From a virus, in IMG/VR virus record IMGVR_UViG_3300020416_000002: a stretch of DNA of 64,000 nt; one strand, 5' to 3'. Below the pieces are notes generated by a model. That model was not told the origin of the DNA. It worked only from the letters and a program-made list of their open reading frames with translations, and searched no databases. The position numbers and the translations under genes were made by a program. Positions 57,301-64,000 of this stretch are shown in pieces (within the stretch, counting starts at the first letter, position 1; each line of letters opens with the position of its first letter).

Positions 57301-59583
57301 ACTATCTGGTTCTGTTAATACATACCAATTATTTTGAAGTGAATCAAATTGTACTGGATGCCCAATAGTATTTGATGATTTATCACTAACTCTACTCTCT
57401 ATCCTTAGATCTGCACCACCATACAATGCAATGGGAATATTATTAATTGCATTAGAGAATGTCTTAGCAACCTTGAGTCCAGTTGGACTAGTCTTAATTG
57501 CAAAATATACTGTATTTGGTTGCAATCCTTCTGGTAAATCACCCGTATCACTAAACACACGGATTGTTTCACCCGTGATAATACCAATGTCCTGAATTGT
57601 CATTTCAAAATTGACATTTGGCACAGTCGCAGTGGAGAATTTAGTTCCTCTATGTGAATTAATACCAACATTAGCAGTGACACCAGCACCAGTCACATTC
57701 TCTGGCATATGAATTGGTGAACTAAATTCTGTACCACCAATAGATACATATAATTTTTCATTTAGATTTGCACCAATTCTAAATCCTTGAGTCAATTCAA
57801 GAGGGGGAAGATCCTCTTTGGTAAATCCTTTAAGATATAAATGTGATGATAGACCAACCTGTTGTGTTTTAGGAACATCTAATTGGAACCAAGTAATGTT
57901 GTCCAAATCATCATCATAGGTAGACACAAACTCAGGAGCAATCATATGAGTGATATACCCTTTGTCGTCTCTTGGGAAAGCTTGCTGTCTAAATCCATCA
58001 GTGATAAGAGATAACTGACCAAAGTTGGAGTTAGAGTTAGTGATAGATGCGTCAGCACCACTCTCACCAACAAAATGAGCGTTATAACCAATAGCGAACA
58101 CCGACACAATCTGTAAAACTGCGTCGTTAGTTATCTTGACATGGCATTGTTCCCATCCTCTTCTATAGATTGCTCTAGAGTCTAAGTGGTATACAGTGCT
58201 AGGGTCAGTAGAACTAGATTCTGCTGTTAATGCTGCACCTTTTACTGTAGGATATGCAATGGATTCATATAATCTTGTCTCTGGATTGTATTTTACAAAT
58301 GCACGGTCATCTTTTTGTAGAGAGATACCAGTGAACTGTGCAACAACCATTGAACGGAAACCAGTTGCTTTAGAACCGTCAGCATGCATACCATTCATAC
58401 CATAAACTGATCTCAACGAACAGTTAAAGATATATGGTGACGCACCTTTAACAGTATCAGACTCAATAGTTACTTTAGCTGAACTAATGTTAGTTGGTTT
58501 TGCAGGTAAATTGCTTGGGAAGTTTGGAATTAAATATGTAAACTGCGTCTCATCAATAATACTTTGTACTCTAGTAGATAAATTGTAAGGAGTTACATTG
58601 ACTCCACTAATCTTAATAGGTGTACCAGCAGTTAATCCATGCTCACCTTGAGTTGTTACAGTTACCTGTGCAGTAGGTGTTAATCCATCACCAGCAATAA
58701 TTGCAGCAATATTTAATGGGTCAGTACCAAGGGCACCAACAATCTCAAATTCTTCGCGAACTGCATCAAAATCACCCTCAAAGTTAGGCCACTCATAGTT
58801 GACAGCACGACCAGTTGGTTCCTGATATGCATAACTCAACTTGTAATAATACATGTTGAGGTCTGTTTTCTCATACCCCTTAACATCGTTAACACCATCA
58901 GCATACTCAAAGCATGTTAATTTATGGTGTGAGAATGTAGGTCTGGACTGATTCTGTGGTGTAAACTGTTGGTGATCAGTATAAACTAATCCATTAGGCA
59001 ATCCATCAAACATGGAGAATTGCCAAAAATAACAGTTACCAGTGATTCTGAACAATGAAGTTGCAGGGACACTATCATCTGTTGGGTTGGGGACATATAA
59101 AGGACGGATCTTAGTCTTTCTTAAGTCAAGACCAACGATAGATGTACCACGAGGTACAATCACACCACCATTAACTGAATTGAATTTGTAAAGAATATTA
59201 TCTTCTACTGTTAAATCAAACTCACTAGTTAGAGAAAGTGAGAATAGTGATGTTGCCAAACTCTCAGCACCTGCAGGAGAAACTCCAATTGCTCTAGTGG
59301 CATCTGTAGGATCTTCTTTAATACCAAAGCCAGGTCTGTTATCAACCTGATGTTCGCCAGGATATATTAAGATGGTAGTCTTATCACTCTCGTCGTTGTC
59401 TATACCTGATTGGTATGAAAATCTAGCAGACTCCAACAATGCTCGTTGAATTGTCTTGAAGGGTTTGGTTAAAGAGTTACCCTGATTAGTAATACTATCG
59501 GTAGAGTCCAAGTCATTTGGATTAACATAGAGAATCCTACCCTCAGTATTCTTAATAAAATTCTCTAACTTATTTAAAGGCAT
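54322..59583 (-). CDS. Tail fibre/tailspike with beta-helix and C-terminal peptidase S74 chaperone
   Basis: PFKTIQRAL beta-helix start; SDIAFKEN..GVIAQDVE..LIEAVKDL. Confidence 0.88.
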   Translation of the reverse strand: MPLNKLENFIKNTEGRILYVNPNDLDSTDSITNQGNSLTKPFKTIQRALLESARFSYQSGIDNDESDKTTILIYPGEHQVDNRPGFGIKEDPTDATRAIGVSPAGAESLATSLFSLSLTSEFDLTVEDNILYKFNSVNGGVIVPRGTSIVGLDLRKTKIRPLYVPNPTDDSVPATSLFRITGNCYFWQFSMFDGLPNGLVYTDHQQFTPQNQSRPTFSHHKLTCFEYADGVNDVKGYEKTDLNMYYYKLSYAYQEPTGRAVNYEWPNFEGDFDAVREEFEIVGALGTDPLNIAAIIAGDGLTPTAQVTVTTQGEHGLTAGTPIKISGVNVTPYNLSTRVQSIIDETQFTYLIPNFPSNLPAKPTNISSAKVTIESDTVKGASPYIFNCSLRSVYGMNGMHADGSKATGFRSMVVAQFTGISLQKDDRAFVKYNPETRLYESIAYPTVKGAALTAESSSTDPSTVYHLDSRAIYRRGWEQCHVKITNDAVLQIVSVFAIGYNAHFVGESGADASITNSNSNFGQLSLITDGFRQQAFPRDDKGYITHMIAPEFVSTYDDDLDNITWFQLDVPKTQQVGLSSHLYLKGFTKEDLPPLELTQGFRIGANLNEKLYVSIGGTEFSSPIHMPENVTGAGVTANVGINSHRGTKFSTATVPNVNFEMTIQDIGIITGETIRVFSDTGDLPEGLQPNTVYFAIKTSPTGLKVAKTFSNAINNIPIALYGGADLRIESRVSDKSSNTIGHPVQFDSLQNNWYVLTEPDSRIFSEIVNNPNVNTTTETDPSYFKRFEDNRSIENKLYKLRYVIPKEVDNSRDPVQGFVLQNTGSTGFAKTSDITATSITAKDHDFKRKYSFIATCSELSDTVTVRAELPHNVRVGDIVFTEDIADSNNPTAIAEKGYNGFYVVTAVPNNMEFQYSNTDTSGDKKNTGNYIEKNSNRTTDLPRFSINNNQGNFDVYRSTIISQYEKDESDGVYLLEVLASDYAPPTEFTNQKYSQQITDFYPQLDRDNIRKNPPPSVSFARRDPIGKVETNSILNSVTREAMNKFSTAFGVGLAVSSATPASSGISTIQLKGMHTFNGFVEHENLSPFNSGVGFAETTKYNVRLLDNSGNWQGATAIVTVGAGSTFITDLTIQSPGAGYTGGATLFPENFAGASIGVPTSSIINAVGNVVQFTGTGNTSDTYHVIQNVLDETSFTIGVTTTDPTVVSGQFAFVVGQSLGVSSTSFDTTTGITTFVTDSAHGLRQGNQFTLINGDNVKIGDFYIDAIATGVTSFTARTTNDPQVTVGAGSTFKILRHAHSDHDQKININEAIGSRFVQFYGGDMVGLKTDVANTDTSFPVQHASGIGTANRFQLGDYLEIGNEIVRVSSTGLGGAGNDSFSVLRGQMGTIPKSYPIGTPLKKMNILAVETRRPSILRASGHTFEYLGYGPGNYSTSLPQVQNRSLTEVEEYLSQAQNRSGGTVVYTGLNNRGDFFIGNKKINSATGQEKSFDIPIPTITGEDPSANSIVVDEITVKQRINVEGGAQQNILSQFDGPVTFTNDVNFTGKVVSSGSIELAGTIEFTGSFPSGANINNVKIGVGTNKTEITTKFGVGDLVLNAAPGFKVAIATDTAYDAPVTFNQDVEFTGFTTFSGDFFHSGAGVTFCGGPVHFCDDIIAFYGQTSDIAFKENVSTLDDPISKVMQIRGTEYDWKNNKNYTGHDIGVIAQDVEKVLPEAVSTKPDGTKGVHYNKLIPLLIEAVKDLSQQVDDIKDK

Positions 59584-59614
59584 CTCTCTATTATAAGATA
59601 CATTGTGCTTCTGT

Positions 59615-59634
59615 TATTTAGTCATCGATAAATA
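59615..59634. promoter_or_regulatory. Back-to-back late promoters
   Basis: TAAATA on minus (59615-59620) and ATAAATA on plus (59628-59634) between divergent genes. Confidence 0.55.
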
Positions 59635-59653
59635 CTTCATTGGTAATAAATAG

Positions 59654-59923
59654 ATGGACTTTCAAAAAATAGCATCCACAGGTACAGCAGTCGTAGTAGT
59701 AGGGACTGGTGCCGTTGTTGGTGGAAATCAAGCACTTGACCATTATAGTGGCGGTCCTCAAAAAAGGCAAGACGCTCAAATTGAGCAAATTAAACAAATA
59801 GTTAGAGAAGAGGTATATAAACAATTAGTAGAGGCATGGCCTGTAACTAGCGGACCTGTTAAGGGAACTAAACTTCCTACAAAAGATTATAAAGAGGTAT
59901 TACCAAATGCCAGAAATAAATGA
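59654..59923 (+). CDS. N-terminally anchored small protein
   Basis: 89 aa; hydrophobic TAVVVVGTGAVVGG plus a helical segment. Confidence 0.7.
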   Translation: MDFQKIASTGTAVVVVGTGAVVGGNQALDHYSGGPQKRQDAQIEQIKQIVREEVYKQLVEAWPVTSGPVKGTKLPTKDYKEVLPNARNK

Positions 59924-60785
59924 CATATCCAATACTATACCTAATATTAATGTAAATGGTAATTATATTAATGTTAGAGGTATTAGATTTATTAACCCAA
60001 GGATTAAAGAAATTAGTGATGTTCAAGTCAACACAAGCAGAATTTGGTTAACTGAACCTCCACAAGCAATACCTCCTGTAGTTCCTGTAACAGAAATTGT
60101 AGGTACTCCCATAGTCAACATGCCTGGTTGTGTCAAAGTGCATAAAGAAAATGCACAGAAAGATCCATCTAGGAATAAGATGTTGGTCAATGATGATCCA
60201 AAACAAAATGTGGTTCTGTGTGACAATGGCATGCCATACTATGAACCACCAGATTATGACTATAGAGAACTAACATGGACAACAGTTAATACCGAACCTG
60301 AAGAGGCAGAGGGAGTAAACACTGGTGAACCACCTGCACCAGAATTCAATAGTCCCGAACCTCCTAATACAGGTGGAGCAACTGCTAATACTATTGAGTG
60401 TCCTCCACCTAATGCAAGAAGAATTGGTGATCTATCACAAAATGGTGAAGAAAGAGTTAAAGAATATAAATTGACACCTGATGGTCTAATCTGTGAGACA
60501 ATTTGGGAACCTGTTCCCACAATGGATCAGTTCCTACCTTCAGTACCTGTAGTCAGCACTACGGCAACGATAGCTGCCGTGGCCACGACTTCGGCACTGT
60601 TAGCAAAACCTCTTGCTGATCTTCTTTTGAAGGTTGTAAAACCTGTTGTGAAGAAGACGATTGCGAAGGTAAAAGAGAAGTTCCTAGGGAAGATAGATCG
60701 TCGCCCGAATCGTTCTGAACGGATGTCTGATCAGTATCGGGAGAAGAAAGGACTTCCTCCTTTGAAGAAGAAGAGGGTGAAGTAG
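59907..60785 (+). CDS. Pro/Cys-containing protein with C-terminal TM and basic tail
   Basis: 292 aa; four Cys; TTATIAAVATTSALLA followed by a K-rich tail. Confidence 0.8.
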   Translation: MPEINDISNTIPNINVNGNYINVRGIRFINPRIKEISDVQVNTSRIWLTEPPQAIPPVVPVTEIVGTPIVNMPGCVKVHKENAQKDPSRNKMLVNDDPKQNVVLCDNGMPYYEPPDYDYRELTWTTVNTEPEEAEGVNTGEPPAPEFNSPEPPNTGGATANTIECPPPNARRIGDLSQNGEERVKEYKLTPDGLICETIWEPVPTMDQFLPSVPVVSTTATIAAVATTSALLAKPLADLLLKVVKPVVKKTIAKVKEKFLGKIDRRPNRSERMSDQYREKKGLPPLKKKRVK

Positions 60786-61896
60786 ACCACTTAGGTTGAG
60801 GTAATTGATGTTCATGTGGAATAACTACACCACCTGGTTGAGTTACTACCACATCAGCACAAATAGCGTGGTAAGGAGAAGCAGGGTGGAAAAATATGCC
60901 CTGTTTTTTTAATTCTCCACAATTTTTTAACCTCGCGATCTCAAAATCTAATCTTTTATTAGCAGTGACTTGTTGTACAGATGCTATCTGTGCCTCTGCT
61001 GCCTGCTCACACTGGTCTCTTAGTTTTTTATTTAATGGTATGGATAAAGTAGCAGACAGTCCAGCATTAAATGACTGGTTTGCTCTCATGTCAGTCCTTA
61101 CTGGTTTATACCATGTTGGTGCCATGTTACCACCTGACACTGCATCAGGTATACCATCAGGACCATCTACATCAATTTCAATCTCAATACTTTCGCCATC
61201 CTCAAACCATCTACTACCATCATCTTTAGTTCTTGTGTCATACCATGACTCCCAAGGGTAGTTCTTTACTGTGACTGTTTGTTTAGTAGTCTTACCAGAC
61301 AAGTCAGTCATATTATATTGTGGTTCATTGTAGAAATCTTCCCAAGGATGTTTTCTACTGTCGGCAAACTGAATATATGGCGTAATGTTTAGTGTACTAC
61401 CTTGACACTGCACACCACCACCGTAGGTGTTAGTTATGTATGGACCTTGTAAAACTTGTATTGCCTGGTTGGTGACTGAGCCCGAACTATTCGCAATGGG
61501 ATTAGCTGTTGCACTTACACCCCCTACACCTTCCGCCATTGTGACAGGGACATGTGCAAGTTGAGTTAGACATAGTGCTATTGGGTAAAGGTACTTGTTG
61601 TGTCTGTTACGCTTTCTATTACCGTTGTTCTCTGGATTAGGGTTTGATTTGTCATACCTGGTCCAGAATAACTCTGTGAAAATTGGAAAGCCTGTCCTGG
61701 ACTGGACAGTGTGAAGTTGTTTTGACTTGATAGATCTAAGGCATCGAATGAAGAGGTTACCTGACCTGTCACGGCTGTGCCGTTTGTTGCCGTTGCTGAA
61801 GTGCTTGGCGTTACTGTTACTGTTGATGTGTTCACTGGGGGATTCAAAGGTTGACCGTTGTTGTCGATCCCTACCCCTGTCACTGAGTACTCCCAT
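60559..61896 (-). CDS. Exported/membrane cyanophage protein with overprinted N-terminus
   Basis: Core GGVSATANPIANSSGSVTNQAIQV..RLDFEIARLKNCGEL, preceded by a signal-like segment; the only upstream in-frame ATG is 61896. Confidence 0.75.
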   Translation of the reverse strand: MGVLSDRGRDRQQRSTFESPSEHINSNSNAKHFSNGNKRHSRDRSGNLFIRCLRSIKSKQLHTVQSRTGFPIFTELFWTRYDKSNPNPENNGNRKRNRHNKYLYPIALCLTQLAHVPVTMAEGVGGVSATANPIANSSGSVTNQAIQVLQGPYITNTYGGGVQCQGSTLNITPYIQFADSRKHPWEDFYNEPQYNMTDLSGKTTKQTVTVKNYPWESWYDTRTKDDGSRWFEDGESIEIEIDVDGPDGIPDAVSGGNMAPTWYKPVRTDMRANQSFNAGLSATLSIPLNKKLRDQCEQAAEAQIASVQQVTANKRLDFEIARLKNCGELKKQGIFFHPASPYHAICADVVVTQPGGVVIPHEHQLPQPKWSTSPSSSSKEEVLSSPDTDQTSVQNDSGDDLSSLGTSLLPSQSSSSQQVLQPSKEDQQEVLLTVPKSWPRQLSLP

Positions 61897-62054
61897 CCTG
61901 TTCTATAATCAATTGAATTTATTGTCTCCGTAACGGTAGATGTAGTTTCCGTGTGGCTCGTCATTGAGCCTTGTTGGAAATTTGGGACCACGGGCACCGC
62001 ATTAGCAGTACCCGTACTACCTAGTAAGACTATAATAGTTATAAGTCTTTTCAT
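61578..62054 (-). CDS. Secreted Ser/Thr-rich protein
   Basis: Signal peptide MKRLITIIVLL..ANA|VPVVPNF. Confidence 0.85.
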   Translation of the reverse strand: MKRLITIIVLLGSTGTANAVPVVPNFQQGSMTSHTETTSTVTETINSIDYRTGWEYSVTGVGIDNNGQPLNPPVNTSTVTVTPSTSATATNGTAVTGQVTSSFDALDLSSQNNFTLSSPGQAFQFSQSYSGPGMTNQTLIQRTTVIESVTDTTSTFTQ

Positions 62055-62063
62055 TAGGCATAT

Positions 62064-62579
62064 CTACTTCACGGTAAGTTCTGATACGAATTGTCCAGTA
62101 GCTGAAGTTCCAGCTCCACCAGCAGTGATTGTCATCACACCTGCAGAGGTGATTGTACCAGCTAATGTTCCTGCGACACCTCCCGATTGAGTGGTAACCT
62201 GTCCGTATGCAGGCATGTCTGCGACAATACCACTAGTGACATCTACACCTGTACCAATTGGATTTACAGCGTCCCCTGCAATGAAGGATTCAGAGAAGCT
62301 AAATGCAGATCCACTAGTATTTAATTCGTATGTGCCTTGGGTTTGTGTAGCTGCAGCTGCAGTTGAACTCTTAGTAATACCACCAAAAGTAGCAGAGTCC
62401 GATACCTTGATATTGTTGCCACTAACGGAATAAGTTGATCCCAGCCTTGTAGCTTGAGTCGCTGCTCCATCTACACTGAGTTGTGTGCTAGTCGTCAATC
62501 GATGCACCAAGTCGGCATTTGCAGGAGCTCCAAGAAGACCTGCACTTGCAAGCATAATCAATGAAAAAATTCTTTTCAT
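62064..62579 (-). CDS. Secreted Gly/Ser/Thr-rich beta protein
   Basis: Signal peptide MKRIFSLIML..ANA|DLVH; ends ATGQFVSELTVK. Confidence 0.85.
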   Translation of the reverse strand: MKRIFSLIMLASAGLLGAPANADLVHRLTTSTQLSVDGAATQATRLGSTYSVSGNNIKVSDSATFGGITKSSTAAAATQTQGTYELNTSGSAFSFSESFIAGDAVNPIGTGVDVTSGIVADMPAYGQVTTQSGGVAGTLAGTITSAGVMTITAGGAGTSATGQFVSELTVK

Positions 62580-62634
62580 TTGACAGTATTAGACTATGTA
62601 CAGTATATATATCTAAAAAAATCTTAATTTATTA

Positions 62635-62973
62635 TTAAACCTTAAAAGGCACTGACTCACTAGGTTCTAGCATTTCATCTAGTGGTTCAAAAGGTAGTCT
62701 CTCCTTTGCTTTTGGTAGTCCTTGTTGACCAGGCAATTCATCTACACCCTTTGCAGTAGTATCAATTACTTGATCTAGAATAGGTGCATTAATTTTTTTG
62801 TAGTAAAGGTTCTTCCTATCTGCTACGATAGAACAAGTTCTATTCAATTCAACAAGTTCTCGTGCGTGTTTCTCCCATCCACAGTCACAATACTGTTCAC
62901 CTTTCTCTGTATATACCCTATAAAATGGATACATGTGATAAGGAATAGTTCCTCTTTTTGGTTCGTTAGTCAT
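62635..62973 (-). CDS. Hypothetical protein
   Basis: 112 aa; YCDCGWE. Confidence 0.7.
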   Translation of the reverse strand: MTNEPKRGTIPYHMYPFYRVYTEKGEQYCDCGWEKHARELVELNRTCSIVADRKNLYYKKINAPILDQVIDTTAKGVDELPGQQGLPKAKERLPFEPLDEMLEPSESVPFKV

Positions 62974-63074
62974 CCAAATGTACTCGCGTTGTAATGTTTT
63001 CTAATAGGGGCATAAACAATTTTTTGTTTCTTTGTAACTACCTTGTAAATTCTGAGTAATAGATCTGTCTTCAT
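62970..63074 (-). CDS. 34-aa basic hypothetical protein
   Basis: MKTDLLLRIYKVV..RKHYNASTFG; coupled at both ends. Confidence 0.5.
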   Translation of the reverse strand: MKTDLLLRIYKVVTKKQKIVYAPIRKHYNASTFG

Positions 63075-63265
63075 CACTTACCGACCCCCATGGGGTCATC
63101 CGCTTGTGCCTCTAGTTTAGAAATATCAGGGTGTTTTGCATACAGCGGACCTTGATAATCTCCAGCATATGCAGGGTTGTTAAGTTTGTGAATTGCCTTT
63201 GATGCCTCAGGAGTTTCTTCCCACTCCCAAGTCTCTCCTTTGCTGCTGACGAATTGCCGTTTCAT
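63074..63265 (-). CDS. Hypothetical protein
   Basis: 63 aa; GETWEWEET..GPLYA. Confidence 0.65.
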   Translation of the reverse strand: MKRQFVSSKGETWEWEETPEASKAIHKLNNPAYAGDYQGPLYAKHPDISKLEAQADDPMGVGK

Positions 63266-63411
63266 AAATCAAATTCCTTGTGTAATGCGATAAAATCAGA
63301 CCAATCCTCTTCCTCTTCTATAATTTCTTGGATAGTTTGAGAGTATTGATCCTCATAGTCTAAACCATCATCCTCATTTTCTGGAGGATTTTGTGACTTT
63401 AATTTCTTCAT
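63262..63411 (-). CDS. 49-aa acidic hypothetical protein
   Basis: MKKLKSQNPPENEDDGLDY..; ATGA coupling downstream. Confidence 0.45.
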   Translation of the reverse strand: MKKLKSQNPPENEDDGLDYEDQYSQTIQEIIEEEEDWSDFIALHKEFDL

Positions 63412-63586
63412 AAAAGATGTCCTCTGGATCAAGAACCGTTTTGCAGAATTCTACTACATTGATGAACTCTTGTGTTCCATCACATTCTACCACTTTTTCA
63501 TCACCATCCGAAGAAATACAAACGATTGTCCGCTTCCCAAGGTTGATGACAACTCGTGAGATGTATTCATCGTCTGGGTTGTTCAT
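63374..63586 (-). CDS. Conserved hypothetical protein
   Basis: Start re-called at MNNPDDEYISRVV, after a promoter. Confidence 0.7.
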   Translation of the reverse strand: MNNPDDEYISRVVINLGKRTIVCISSDGDEKVVECDGTQEFINVVEFCKTVLDPEDIFYEEIKVTKSSRK

Positions 63587-63610
63587 ACTGTGCCTTAACC
63601 ATATTCTATT

Positions 63611-63639
63611 ATTGTAACAGGAGAGTATCATGGTGTCAA
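63611..63639 (-). promoter_or_regulatory. sigma70-like promoter
   Basis: TTGACA-17-TACAAT. Confidence 0.75.
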
Positions 63640-63656
63640 CCCCAGAGCTGTTACAA

Positions 63657-64000
63657 CTATATATGATACCAAAACGATAGAACAAATCTCTCAGATCCCT
63701 CTACCTTATTAACATAGTGTAGGTTTTCTGAATTCTTAAAAATAAAAAGTCTGCCTGGTTTTGGTTCAACGAATATGTCTTTAAATATCAAATTACCGCC
63801 AGTAAATCCATCATTTAAATATAACATCGCTGCAAGAACATTTTGTTTGTGTCCTGTATTACTATCTACATGAGGTTTCATCCATGTATCTACTGGCCAT
63901 CTGACAATACCAGCATATTCTAAAGTACACTCTTGAAAAGTTTGTACCTTAGCATTAACAGCAAGTACAACTGGATCATCTTCCTCTGGTGTAACTGGAT
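63657..64000 (-). CDS. 2OG-Fe(II) oxygenase (P4H-like), 5' end outside window
   Basis: Frame open to the window edge; PHVD, YLND..GG, H and ERF motifs. Confidence 0.85.
   Translation of the reverse strand, partial: PVTPEEDDPVVLAVNAKVQTFQECTLEYAGIVRWPVDTWMKPHVDSNTGHKQNVLAAMLYLNDGFTGGNLIFKDIFVEPKPGRLFIFKNSENLHYVNKVEGSERFVLSFWYHI

Noticed and set aside
49502-59583. Diversity-generating retroelement or invertase switching of fibre tips
   Set aside because: No TR/VR pair, reverse transcriptase, recombinase or inverted cassette seen.
60559-62054. Nested spanin pair (Rz/Rz1)
   Set aside because: No convincing lipobox (IALC does not fit) and no i-spanin TM plus coiled-coil architecture.

Overview
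A 64-kb segment of a T4-like cyanomyovirus genome (probably a Prochlorococcus phage, judging by ndhI/ndhP and the AT-rich codon usage), almost all encoded on the minus strand. It has four blocks. (1) 1-30057: a late structural block with a >1545-aa tail fibre running off the left edge, a 2454-aa VrlC/DUF4815-like virion protein, and baseplate gp8, gp7, gp6 and gp25. (2) 30.1-42.7 kb: a hypervariable early region of small ORFs. It opens with a ~600-bp non-coding, origin-like segment carrying an inverted pair of cyanobacterial-type DnaA boxes. About 11 sigma70-like promoters (one lying further right, at 47.4-47.5 kb) each carry a palindromic GTGNCA(C/G)-N8-(C/G)TGNCAC element about 30 bp upstream of the -10 box. 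The block also holds a DNA methyltransferase, an SF2 helicase, a PD-(D/E)XK nuclease and a promoter-driven ~200-nt structured RNA candidate. (3) 42.7-59.6 kb: two tryptophan-halogenase-like genes, three 2OG-Fe(II) oxygenases, a ligase-like protein, an ndhP-micropeptide-ndhI cassette, a Gly-X-Pro-rich gp38-like adhesin and two tail fibres. (4) 59.6-64 kb: a five-gene exported/membrane protein module, including a 319-nt dual-coding overlap with signs of stop-codon avoidance. No tRNA, rRNA, CRISPR array, integrase or reverse transcriptase was recognised. The strongest novelty candidates are the ncRNA (41083-41284), the overprinted gene (61578-61896), a possible virion-protein modification system, and the DnaA-box region. 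All family assignments come from motif recognition by eye, not database searches.
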